IMG/VR virus record: IMGVR_UViG_3300017963_000058
Location: 1 to 56,728 of that record
Direction: 5' to 3' (one strand)
Source of the DNA: a virus
Taxonomy: Duplodnaviria > Caudoviricetes
Length of the DNA stretch: 56,728 nucleotides
Numbering within the stretch: position 1 is the stretch's first letter; every line of letters starts with the position of its first letter. The notes beneath the pieces were generated by a model that searched no databases, was not told the origin of the DNA, and saw only the letters and a program-made list of their open reading frames with translations. Below, piece after piece: positions 47,860-56,414 of the stretch. Made by a program: the position numbers and the translations under genes.

Positions 47860-50750
47860 TGCCAGTAGAAAACTATAATGAAAAAGATTTTCCAAAGAGG
47901 TTTATAAAAGAATATTATGGAACGCTGAGTACAGATAAAAAAGAAGAAATTATAGATTTACTAGAACGATCACCAATAGATAAAGAAGAATTATTAAAAG
48001 AAGCAGCTGAAAACTTGTATTGGTTTTGGAATTTTGGTACTGACCCCGAACAAACTCAACGCTTAAAGGATATTAGAGATAAGTTTTTAGGAATAACAAT
48101 TCCTTACGAAAACTCTCCATTAAAAAAAACGATTGATGATTTTTGGGATAAATTATCAGAAGACGAAAAGCCGATTGACCTGCCCGGAGTTGCTCTATTA
48201 GTAGAAAAAATAATGGAATTTGTTGAACTTCCAAAACCCGATGATACATTTATAACTGGAGATTCAAGTGCAGAACCTCTTTGGAGAGGAATGCCAAGAA
48301 CATATATAACTGCTACATATCAAGAAGACCTCACGATATTGGCATTATGTATAGCATTGAAAGCAGGAGTTCTAAAAGAGGGAATGAATTTGCCGTTAAG
48401 GCGTGTGTGGTATGCTTTAATCAAAACATTTCAACAAAGAGGAATGAAAGGATTTGTAAAAAGAGATCCGAAGACTGCTGCTGGTACTCCAGCAGAAGCA
48501 GAAGATACTAAATATACGAGTGGTTTTAAGAAATTAATAGCGTCGTCAGATTTATGGTATAAAACTTTTGGGATACATAATCCTAGTGCTATGGCTTTAG
48601 TTCAAAGACCAAAGTTGTTTAAAGTTCCAATATTAATCGGATTAGAAAAAAGATCATATTACGATGTATTGCAAAGGATGGCTAATTTACTGGGATTATC
48701 TGTTTATTCTGCTGGTGGACAATCTAAATTTGCCGAACAAGAAGATTTAGCAAGAAAAATACACGAACAAATTTATGGAGAAAATCCAGAACTCAAAGGA
48801 AAAGACATAGAAGTTTATATTATTTCTGATTTTGATCCTGCTGGTTTGGATATTGGAAAAAACATAGGAGATCATCAGAGTTTTTATCAAAGTCGTTTTG
48901 GAAGAGATTTAAATATTAGACGAATTGCTCCATATCCAGACCAATATACAACGGAAGAATTAAAACAAGGAGTGTTTGATTTAAAGCCAAAAGAAGTAAG
49001 AAAAACAAGTTGGAAACTTCCCGAAATAAAAAAAGCAAGAGAACCAGTTGTAGATATGCTTCAAGAAGACGACCCTACTGCAACTGACAAAGAAGCAAGA
49101 GTGTACGGATTAGAAGTCGAATCAATGCCCGATAAACCACTTAGAGATATTTTAAAAAATCCACCTACGGATTGGACTGAACAAGGTTATGATAGAGATT
49201 TTGACCCCGATGCTGGGTATAAATCTCTTACAAGAATGAGGTTTATATTACTTGATAATTTAATTGAAAATCACGGAATCGAGGGAGCTTTTGAAACTCT
49301 TTTAAACCAGCGAACTGACCCCGAATCGTCTTGGAACAAATCTTACGATATAGATAGATTAGCAAGAAAGCTCATAGATAAAGGAGAAGCAAAAGAAGTC
49401 GAAGATGCTATATACGATGCTTATTCAATGCTTTCTAGTTTAGACGACAGAGTTAAAAGCCGAATTAATGAATATCTTGAGGAAGATAAAGAAAAAGTAG
49501 CCGAAGATATTACGAATTGGTTTGATGATGTCATAAAAAAATATACTGATCCCGAACACGATGATTATGACGAAGAAACTACGAAAGATTTAAAACAATC
49601 TCTTTTGAATAAATTATATAAAGCCATTTCCAGAAACGAGAATAATTTCTACTTTAAATTTCCCGACCCCTATGAAATAGGCAAGGTTAAAGACGAAGAT
49701 GGTAATTATTACGAAGACAATTTTCTAATTACAATTCCTGATGAGCTGATCGAAAATATCAAGCCGATAATCACTTGGGCAAATTGTATAAGACTTAACG
49801 CTCTAGAAGTTTATAGTTATTTAGGAGATATAGAAGACGATGGAATGGAAATTGAATGGGAAATTCCACCAGTTAGACCGTGTAAAATAAACGATGATGG
49901 AGAAGTAGAATTAATCGAATTAGACGATTATTCTGCCCCAGCAGAAGGCACGGAAGCATTCAGATTAGCAGAAATGAGAAAAGAAAAAATAGAGCAATTA
50001 GAAAAAGAATTAGCCGAATGTAAAGAAGACTTGGAAGAACTTACAATGGCTCAAGAAGCTATTGGTGAATCCGAAGAATGCGATGAGTTGAGAGAAAAAA
50101 TTAAAGACCTAGAAAACGAATTAGCCGATTTAAAACGAGAAAAAGAAGACATTGAACAAGAATTAAACGAAGAAATTGCTAGATTAGAAAGAGAATTAGA
50201 AGAAGCAGAAAAAATAGAAGATACGGCTAAAATTGAAGAATGTCAAAAGAAATTAGCTGAATGTGAAGCAGCATTAAAAAAATCAAAAGCTGGAAGAGCT
50301 CCATTAGTAGCTGAACTACTTAGATTGCGAAAAGAACTCGAAATCAAACCAACAAAAGAACGAATAGTTCTCGGTGGCAAGGAAATTACTCTCGAAGAGG
50401 AAATAGAACGCTTGGAAAAACGCTATCCGACAATGGAATGGAAATCAAGAAAAGAAGCAGGATACCTATACACATTTGAAGACCCATATAAAGACCCATT
50501 TACCTATTTAGAATGGATACCGATTGAAAAACACGATTCTCGGATAATAGACATTCAAATTGATGTAATTAAAAAAGAGGTCGAGAAAGACCCAGCACGA
50601 AAGAAAAACAAAATCATGCCATTGTTAAATCAGATGGCAAAAATTAGCACATTAATAAGTGATAAGAAAACGCCTTTTAGTGAGCTATCAAAAGCTCATT
50701 TGGAAATTAACAATATTTCTAAAGAAATCAAGCAAATTCACGAAAGTTAG
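47859..50750 (+). CDS. Spo11/Top6A-like (Mini-A-related) TOPRIM protein with long acidic and coiled-coil extension
   Basis: LRRVWY (5Y-CAP RxxYY-like), GLEK (TOPRIM Glu), YSAGGQS, IISDFDPAGLDI (DxD), RRIAP..DQ, LEVES; heptads at about aa 705-860. Confidence 0.75.
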   Translation: MPVENYNEKDFPKRFIKEYYGTLSTDKKEEIIDLLERSPIDKEELLKEAAENLYWFWNFGTDPEQTQRLKDIRDKFLGITIPYENSPLKKTIDDFWDKLSEDEKPIDLPGVALLVEKIMEFVELPKPDDTFITGDSSAEPLWRGMPRTYITATYQEDLTILALCIALKAGVLKEGMNLPLRRVWYALIKTFQQRGMKGFVKRDPKTAAGTPAEAEDTKYTSGFKKLIASSDLWYKTFGIHNPSAMALVQRPKLFKVPILIGLEKRSYYDVLQRMANLLGLSVYSAGGQSKFAEQEDLARKIHEQIYGENPELKGKDIEVYIISDFDPAGLDIGKNIGDHQSFYQSRFGRDLNIRRIAPYPDQYTTEELKQGVFDLKPKEVRKTSWKLPEIKKAREPVVDMLQEDDPTATDKEARVYGLEVESMPDKPLRDILKNPPTDWTEQGYDRDFDPDAGYKSLTRMRFILLDNLIENHGIEGAFETLLNQRTDPESSWNKSYDIDRLARKLIDKGEAKEVEDAIYDAYSMLSSLDDRVKSRINEYLEEDKEKVAEDITNWFDDVIKKYTDPEHDDYDEETTKDLKQSLLNKLYKAISRNENNFYFKFPDPYEIGKVKDEDGNYYEDNFLITIPDELIENIKPIITWANCIRLNALEVYSYLGDIEDDGMEIEWEIPPVRPCKINDDGEVELIELDDYSAPAEGTEAFRLAEMRKEKIEQLEKELAECKEDLEELTMAQEAIGESEECDELREKIKDLENELADLKREKEDIEQELNEEIARLERELEEAEKIEDTAKIEECQKKLAECEAALKKSKAGRAPLVAELLRLRKELEIKPTKERIVLGGKEITLEEEIERLEKRYPTMEWKSRKEAGYLYTFEDPYKDPFTYLEWIPIEKHDSRIIDIQIDVIKKEVEKDPARKKNKIMPLLNQMAKISTLISDKKTPFSELSKAHLEINNISKEIKQIHES

Positions 50751-50751
50751 T

Positions 50752-50883
50752 TCAATTGTTTTGAAGTTGAAGCCAAAGAGCAATACTACCCGAAACCACG
50801 CCTAATAAACTAGTTGCGATTCCTATAACTATTAATCCTTTTTTTAATCTTTTATTAACATATCGTTTATCTTGATAAGCCAT
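50752..50883 (-). CDS. 43-aa single-TM protein (not in ORF track)
   Basis: MAYQDKRYVNKRLKKGLIVIGIATSLLGVVSGSIALWLQLQNN; TTTAAATA box upstream. Confidence 0.7.
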   Translation of the reverse strand: MAYQDKRYVNKRLKKGLIVIGIATSLLGVVSGSIALWLQLQNN

Positions 50884-50956
50884 GTTTAAAATAAGGATGT
50901 TCTAATATTTAAAAATTAAGAAAAAAAAAAGAGTAAAAAAATTAAATTTGGTTTGT

Positions 50957-51208
50957 TTATTTCTTACCGAATTGTGCCCTGATGCAGTCTCCCATTGCTT
51001 TTCTTCGAGCATCAACTTGACCCGGACCTTTAAACTTGCCTCTGATCTCTGAACCACATTTCTTTCCAGCATCACGGATTTTCATTTGCTGGGGAGTCAA
51101 TTTTGAAAATTTAGGACCACGCTTTGGGAAAAACATTAACGATTTTGGGCTAGACTTACCCGGTTTTCGGTGTTGGTAAAAAATCTTAGGAAATTGCCTA
51201 CTTGCCAT
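50957..51208 (-). CDS. Small highly basic protein, candidate nucleoprotein
   Basis: 83 aa, K/R-rich, two Cys; own promoter and T-tract terminator. Confidence 0.6.
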   Translation of the reverse strand: MASRQFPKIFYQHRKPGKSSPKSLMFFPKRGPKFSKLTPQQMKIRDAGKKCGSEIRGKFKGPGQVDARRKAMGDCIRAQFGKK

Positions 51209-51307
51209 ATTTTATCAACTTTTTATTTTATGTTATTTAAAGTATATGCAAACTGATATTTAAAGGCGTGTAAGACAAGTTTGTAAGACAAAAAAATAAA
51301 GAGATAT

Positions 51308-51556
51308 TTAGTGTGTTTCTTCCGATATTCCATCCCAATCGGTAGTTATGTTTGCTTGGTTTAATTTTTCAGCAAGTTCGGGGTTATCTGATAAATCAAC
51401 TACCATTCCTTTACTTAGCATTACATTAAGAAAGTCAATACAAAATCTTATCGCTTCGGACATATTATCTCCGAAACAATTTCCCGTCAAATCTCTTATA
51501 AATGAAGTTTGCGTGTCTGTCAATCGCAAGTTTACAAAATTATTTTTTCCACCCAT
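51308..51556 (-). CDS. RHH DNA-binding protein
   Basis: FVNLRLTD...NMSEAIRFCIDFL. Confidence 0.75.
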   Translation of the reverse strand: MGGKNNFVNLRLTDTQTSFIRDLTGNCFGDNMSEAIRFCIDFLNVMLSKGMVVDLSDNPELAEKLNQANITTDWDGISEETH

Positions 51557-51900
51557 TTTTTTATTTCAGCTCTTTTCTTATTTTCTTTATTTCTAAAATC
51601 ATCGCCTAATTCTTCGTAGAAGTTATCTATGATGTCTTCTATGAGTCTTTCGGCATTATCTTCTTTTCTAATGAAGTCTTTGACAAGTTCTTCTTTCGGC
51701 ACGGAATAAAGAATTGCTACATGTTTATCATCGTCTTTTATAGGTTCTGCAAATATCCGTGTTGGCATAACACCATCTTTCACGGCTTCTTTTATGCATT
51801 TAGTTATTGCTGGAATGTCGTTTGGTCGTCTTACTGAACATACTTTGTAAAATCGAATTCCTAAACATTCAGTCGTTTCGTGCCTGTCTATCATTAGCAA
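51532..51900 (-). CDS. Hypothetical protein
   Basis: Coupled operon member. Confidence 0.7.
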   Translation of the reverse strand: MLMIDRHETTECLGIRFYKVCSVRRPNDIPAITKCIKEAVKDGVMPTRIFAEPIKDDDKHVAILYSVPKEELVKDFIRKEDNAERLIEDIIDNFYEELGDDFRNKENKKRAEIKKWVEKIIL

Positions 51901-52325
51901 CCATCCTCAGCCATTTGTTTATATCGGGCTTTTTCGCTTTCGGAGAGATTCTTGTAAGCGGGAGCAACCTCTTGAAGTGATTTTCCCGAAGATGTTTCTT
52001 TTCTGACATAACAATTATAAGCACTCATTTTTCTTTTTTTCTTCGCTTTTTTAGGCGGAGTATTCATTTTTCCTAATCTTGTTTGCGGTTCTGATTCACT
52101 ATCAGAAGGCATTGCTCCTGCTACGCCAAAATCTACAATATCACAATTATTTAGAACATTATAATAAAATGCTTTTAATTTCCAATTAGCTCCATTGAGT
52201 TTTCTAACTGCTTCGGAAACAGATTGCATATTGCAGTCGTAATCTGGAATAGCATACTCATCGTCTTCTAAATGAGTAGTTTTTCTTCCAGCAAGTTCTA
52301 TTTCCTCAACATCTAGTTTACCCAT
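51894..52325 (-). CDS. Protein with C-terminal HMG-box-like domain
   Basis: KKRKMSAYNCYVRKE...LQEVAPAYKNLSESEKARYKQMAE. Confidence 0.65.
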   Translation of the reverse strand: MGKLDVEEIELAGRKTTHLEDDEYAIPDYDCNMQSVSEAVRKLNGANWKLKAFYYNVLNNCDIVDFGVAGAMPSDSESEPQTRLGKMNTPPKKAKKKRKMSAYNCYVRKETSSGKSLQEVAPAYKNLSESEKARYKQMAEDGC

Positions 52326-52328
52326 AAT

Positions 52329-52613
52329 TTACAATACCTTTTCTGTACCGTCATCACACATGATTTTATCTAAATCTTTACTGAGATAACATTTTTGGAG
52401 AGAATCATCGTTTTTACCGTGTAAGATTGTTGGTGTGGCATCAACTTGGTATTTATCGGCAAGTTCAAGTCCTTTCGGAGTTTCTACTGGGAGTATTTCG
52501 ATCTTTCCCGCAATTATTTTTTCTTGAAGTTTTTCTTGAGCCATTTCGCAATGACCACATCCCTCTTGTGTTATCATGTAATTTTTATCTTCTTCACTCA
52601 CTTGCTTCTTCAC
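52329..52613 (-). CDS. Thioredoxin/glutaredoxin-fold protein
   Basis: GCGHC active site; LADKYQVDATPTI cis-Pro motif. Confidence 0.85.
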   Translation of the reverse strand: MKKQVSEEDKNYMITQEGCGHCEMAQEKLQEKIIAGKIEILPVETPKGLELADKYQVDATPTILHGKNDDSLQKCYLSKDLDKIMCDDGTEKVL

Positions 52614-52953
52614 CTCTTATTGATTTTTCGGCTTCATATTTCTGGTCTAGAACTTTTAGCGGGTCTTCATTACTACGATATTTTTTCCATAATCCGCCAC
52701 ATAAAGCCAATCTTTCATTCACGGATGGAATTTCTCGACCCTCTATGCCTTCTATGAGAGATATGCTGTCGGGATTATTTGGGTTTACTTTTCCCAAGCA
52801 TTTCTTATTGAATTCTTGATATTCTCCATAAACCTTTTCACCTTTTGGTTTTGGATTAACAGTTTTCTCTGACTCGATTGAAAATTCGCTTTCTGGAGCT
52901 ATCGTTTCAATCTCCTTTAATTTTTCTCGAAGTTTTTCTTTTAATGTAGGCAT
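52594..52953 (-). CDS. Hypothetical protein with a two-Cys helical motif
   Basis: YQEFNKKC...RLALCGGLWKKY. Confidence 0.7.
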   Translation of the reverse strand: MPTLKEKLREKLKEIETIAPESEFSIESEKTVNPKPKGEKVYGEYQEFNKKCLGKVNPNNPDSISLIEGIEGREIPSVNERLALCGGLWKKYRSNEDPLKVLDQKYEAEKSIRGEEASE

Positions 52954-52977
52954 AAATAAATAATCACCAACTAACTA

Positions 52978-53280
52978 TTAAAGGTTTTTTAATGCGTTTT
53001 TAATTGAATTTCTTACTTCTTTTCTTATCTTGTTTTCAAAAGCCGAAACTCCTTTGTCAAGTAATACATGACCCGTTGCGTGTTTTGCCGCATCTACTCC
53101 CTTAAGTATTCCTAACATTAATATAGTATTTAAATCGTGCCGTTGCGACCTATGTTTTACGCCTAACCAAGCAGACGGTTGATCCATGAATCCATGAATT
53201 TTATCTCCGTCATTTCCGAACAATGCTTTAGAAAATAATTTATGTATATCCCTACTTGGCAACTTGAAAACGCCTCCCAT
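52978..53280 (-). CDS. His-rich putative metal-dependent hydrolase/nuclease
   Basis: PSRDIH...IHGFMD...HRSQRHD...HVLLD. Confidence 0.55.
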   Translation of the reverse strand: MGGVFKLPSRDIHKLFSKALFGNDGDKIHGFMDQPSAWLGVKHRSQRHDLNTILMLGILKGVDAAKHATGHVLLDKGVSAFENKIRKEVRNSIKNALKNL

Positions 53281-53569
53281 TAATTTTTAATTGTGGTGTA
53301 TTTCTATTTTTCATTGTTTCTATTTCTTGAATTTTTTGTTGTAAGCGATTTTTTTCAATTTGTTTATCAAAAGGGAAAAAAAAATTGAGAAGTGAAAGCA
53401 CTTCGGAAGCCCACCATAAAATAGCTCCGTATTGCCATTGGTCTAAAGGGCTAATATCGTTTAAATTGAGGTTAGCAAGTTTAATAACATCACTCAGGTC
53501 GTCTTTTACGAGAAATTTACCAATTGACTTCATTTCTCGAAAGAATAATGTCCAATTATTCAATAACAC
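53252..53569 (-). CDS. Hypothetical protein
   Basis: Operon member. Confidence 0.6.
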   Translation of the reverse strand: MLLNNWTLFFREMKSIGKFLVKDDLSDVIKLANLNLNDISPLDQWQYGAILWWASEVLSLLNFFFPFDKQIEKNRLQQKIQEIETMKNRNTPQLKINGRRFQVAK

Positions 53570-53582
53570 ACCTTAGCTCTGT

Positions 53583-53891
53583 CTATTTCTTGAAAATTTT
53601 CTGACCTAATTCGGTTAGTGATCGCACTCCACTTAATTTTTTTCCGATATAGCCACCTAAAACGCCACCACCAATTAAACCAATTAACAAAACCGTGCCG
53701 TGAGATGCCGTAGAAAAATGATAACGCACATTTGCCGTTAGTTTTTTCATGAAGTTTCTCCCTTTAGGCACGGCTTCTGGAACATACGATTTTCCTCCTA
53801 AATGTCCAGTATCGTGCCATTCTGAATCAGGTGGGATTCCCGCTCTAGCTGGTCTAACCCTAATTAGATTACCATATTGTTCAATTGACAT
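53583..53891 (-). CDS. Single-TM protein
   Basis: VLLIGLIGGGVLGGYIG GxxxG helix. Confidence 0.75.
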   Translation of the reverse strand: MSIEQYGNLIRVRPARAGIPPDSEWHDTGHLGGKSYVPEAVPKGRNFMKKLTANVRYHFSTASHGTVLLIGLIGGGVLGGYIGKKLSGVRSLTELGQKIFKK

Positions 53892-53930
53892 GATTTATAC
53901 TAGAGTTTACGGATATTTAAAATTTAAGTT

Positions 53931-54584
53931 TTATATTAATTTAGCGTGTGGATTGCCATATAATTCTAAATGCCTAGCATTAGAGTACAAGACTTCTATG
54001 TTGATTTCGCTATTGATTAACAAGTATTTTGCATAGAGATGGTTTGCTAAATTTTCGTAATCGTTCAATGCTTGAGCAGCTGTTTTGCCTTTCATTAATG
54101 CTATCGGAATGGTATTTACTAAATCGTACCAGTCGTTCAAGAAATTATATTTCGTGCCTAAATTATTAAGCGAAGCAAAATACCTTACAGTTTGACCAAA
54201 ATAAGCTCTCACTCCGTTTTCAATAGCTACTCTTGCTAATTCTTTTCCAGTTAGACAAGCCATCGTGTACATGATCATCCCAGCAAATTTATGAATGTTA
54301 TTAGTCGATATGATGGGAATTAATCTCATCATGAAATCTCCAACACGGTCTTCTTCACCGTGTCCGTAATAAAAAACGGCATTAAATCGTTCTTTCTCAA
54401 ATAGTTCCGAAACTTTACGGTTAAAATAATTAACAGCATTAACACTAACACGATTTGCTGCGAAAGCCCTTAAGAGAGTATATTTTATATTGGTTCTGTT
54501 CATCCAATCTATTAGTTTGCTTACAGCTACATTACTTATGGAAGTAGGTAAATCGTGTAACGGAGCAATAACTAGTACATTCAT
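53931..54584 (-). CDS. Clan CD (caspase/gingipain-fold) cysteine protease
   Basis: VFYYGHG and MYTMAC catalytic His/Cys strands; GVRAYFG; GKTAAQA; LYGNP. Confidence 0.7.
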   Translation of the reverse strand: MNVLVIAPLHDLPTSISNVAVSKLIDWMNRTNIKYTLLRAFAANRVSVNAVNYFNRKVSELFEKERFNAVFYYGHGEEDRVGDFMMRLIPIISTNNIHKFAGMIMYTMACLTGKELARVAIENGVRAYFGQTVRYFASLNNLGTKYNFLNDWYDLVNTIPIALMKGKTAAQALNDYENLANHLYAKYLLINSEINIEVLYSNARHLELYGNPHAKLI

Positions 54585-54761
54585 TATATAAAAATATTAG
54601 ATTACAGATTAAAAAAGGTTTTCTAAGGGTCAAAAAACGCCTAAATTTAAACGATTTTTTTTTCTTGTAGAAGTTATTGATTTTTGATGTTATTAATTCA
54701 GTATTAAAGAATAAATGATATTAAATTTAAAAATTTAACACGATCACAACCTTTTTATAGG

Positions 54762-54783
54762 TATTAATACTTAAGTATTAATA
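54762..54783. promoter_or_regulatory. Perfect 22-bp palindrome just downstream of a TATA box (operator candidate)
   Basis: TATTAATACTTAAGTATTAATA after CTTTTTATAG at 54751-54760. Confidence 0.6.
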
Positions 54784-54861
54784 GTAATTTTTGCTTTTTA
54801 AACATGGTTTCTAAATACAGCCAAAACCGTAGTAAAATCGCATTAGAACGATAGAGAATGA

Positions 54862-55215
54862 ATGATGTCAAAGAAAGAAAAATGGTCTAAAAAGAACATG
54901 AGGCAATATGTTGGATCGTTTACTTTATATTATGATGTGATTTTGCATAAATTGATTGACTACCTATTTGAGAACCAAATCATTGAAGCCGACTCGAAAT
55001 ATACTTTTACTCAGTTTTGCATCCTACGGACATTGTTCGACTTTGCCTCTGATGTTGTCAATGATTTTCAATACACTCCTGAGCAATTGGTTGATCTGAT
55101 TGATTCTCACAAAAAGATGACAAGAAAGTTTGAATCCATGTTGAAAAAAATGATAGAAGAAAAAGATGCAATGACAAACGAGGTGTTGTCCGAACTTGAA
55201 GATGACGACTTTTAA
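54862..55215 (+). CDS. Hypothetical protein (possible RHH-like N-terminus)
   Basis: 117-aa ORF heading a + strand operon. Confidence 0.7.
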   Translation: MMSKKEKWSKKNMRQYVGSFTLYYDVILHKLIDYLFENQIIEADSKYTFTQFCILRTLFDFASDVVNDFQYTPEQLVDLIDSHKKMTRKFESMLKKMIEEKDAMTNEVLSELEDDDF

Positions 55216-56398
55216 AGACTCGTTAGACCCAGCAGTCAAACGAGCAGCAAAAAAAGATGTAAGCAAAATTTTACGAGAAAGAAAAAAAGAAGAGGTTAAA
55301 AAACCAATGGCTAAAAAAACCAAAGATGATGAAGAAGTAGTCAAGAAAAATAGAACTTCTAGTTCAATAGATTTAAGCGATGTGGTTAAACTCAAAAAGC
55401 AGAAAGCCGTAGCAAACGAATTAGACGAATATATCTACGAACAAGAGCAAAAGAAAAACGCAAGGGAACGAGGTGAAGCCCCACCAGCAACGAAAGAAGC
55501 TCCGAATCCGATAGCAATGGCGTTAGCTAGTGACCCATCAAAAGTAGCTGAAATGGATATGGATGATATAATGAAATTTTCAATGCTTACTGGTGGTAGC
55601 AAGGCGAATATTGACCCATTAATGTACATGATGCTCATGGGTAATAAAGAAAAAGGCGGAGAGCAAACAATCATGCAACAGCTCATGACTAAAATAATCT
55701 TGGATAAATTTGACGATAAAACTCCTAAAAATCAACCAGATAGTAGCCAAGATATGATGTTTAAGTTCATGATAATAATGATGCAAAATATAATGAATGC
55801 CCAAAATCAAAAAACATCTCAACCAACTCAACCCTCCGCTGGTTCTCCTTTAGAACAAAAGCTCGTAGAACTCGTAGCATTACAAAACAGGAACGAAAAG
55901 CAAATTCTCATGGACAAAATTAAAGAATTAGAATATCGAACATCTCAATCTGATCCATTAGGAGATGCCAAAAGAATGTTGGATTATGTAAAAACATTTG
56001 GTTCGATGTTTGGTGGAGCTAGAACGCCTGAAGTAATGACTCACGAACTCGAAATGGAAAAATTGAAATTTGAAAAAGACAAAGAAGCTAGGACAGAAGC
56101 GATAAAAGAACAACGAATGGCACAAGTCGGAGATATGATTAATAAAAGCATAGGAACATTCGCAGAAGTATTGAGCAAACCAGCAGCAGAAGCAGTAAAA
56201 GGAAAACTCGATAATATTGGAAGAGAAAAACCAGCAAGGTATGGAGAAACGCAATACGAAGCTGGATATGGTGAAGAAGTTGATTTAGATCAATTTGACA
56301 TGGAAGAAGACGAAATGCCTTATCCACCAGAACCACACTACGAACCAAGAGATCCGAAAAATAAAAAGGGTCGCATGAGGATATACAGTTCTGATTAA
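55202..56398 (+). CDS. Met/Gln-rich helical coiled-coil protein
   Basis: Repeated Met-rich helices (PLMYMMLMG, DMMFKFMIIMMQ); charged ends. Confidence 0.8.
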   Translation: MTTFKDSLDPAVKRAAKKDVSKILRERKKEEVKKPMAKKTKDDEEVVKKNRTSSSIDLSDVVKLKKQKAVANELDEYIYEQEQKKNARERGEAPPATKEAPNPIAMALASDPSKVAEMDMDDIMKFSMLTGGSKANIDPLMYMMLMGNKEKGGEQTIMQQLMTKIILDKFDDKTPKNQPDSSQDMMFKFMIIMMQNIMNAQNQKTSQPTQPSAGSPLEQKLVELVALQNRNEKQILMDKIKELEYRTSQSDPLGDAKRMLDYVKTFGSMFGGARTPEVMTHELEMEKLKFEKDKEARTEAIKEQRMAQVGDMINKSIGTFAEVLSKPAAEAVKGKLDNIGREKPARYGETQYEAGYGEEVDLDQFDMEEDEMPYPPEPHYEPRDPKNKKGRMRIYSSD

Positions 56399-56414
56399 AC
56401 GAGGTTTTACTACA

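Noticed and set aside
47859-50750. Wadjet (JetABCD) or SMC system
   Set aside because: The coiled coil lacks ABC-ATPase motifs, and no kleisin or kite genes are adjacent
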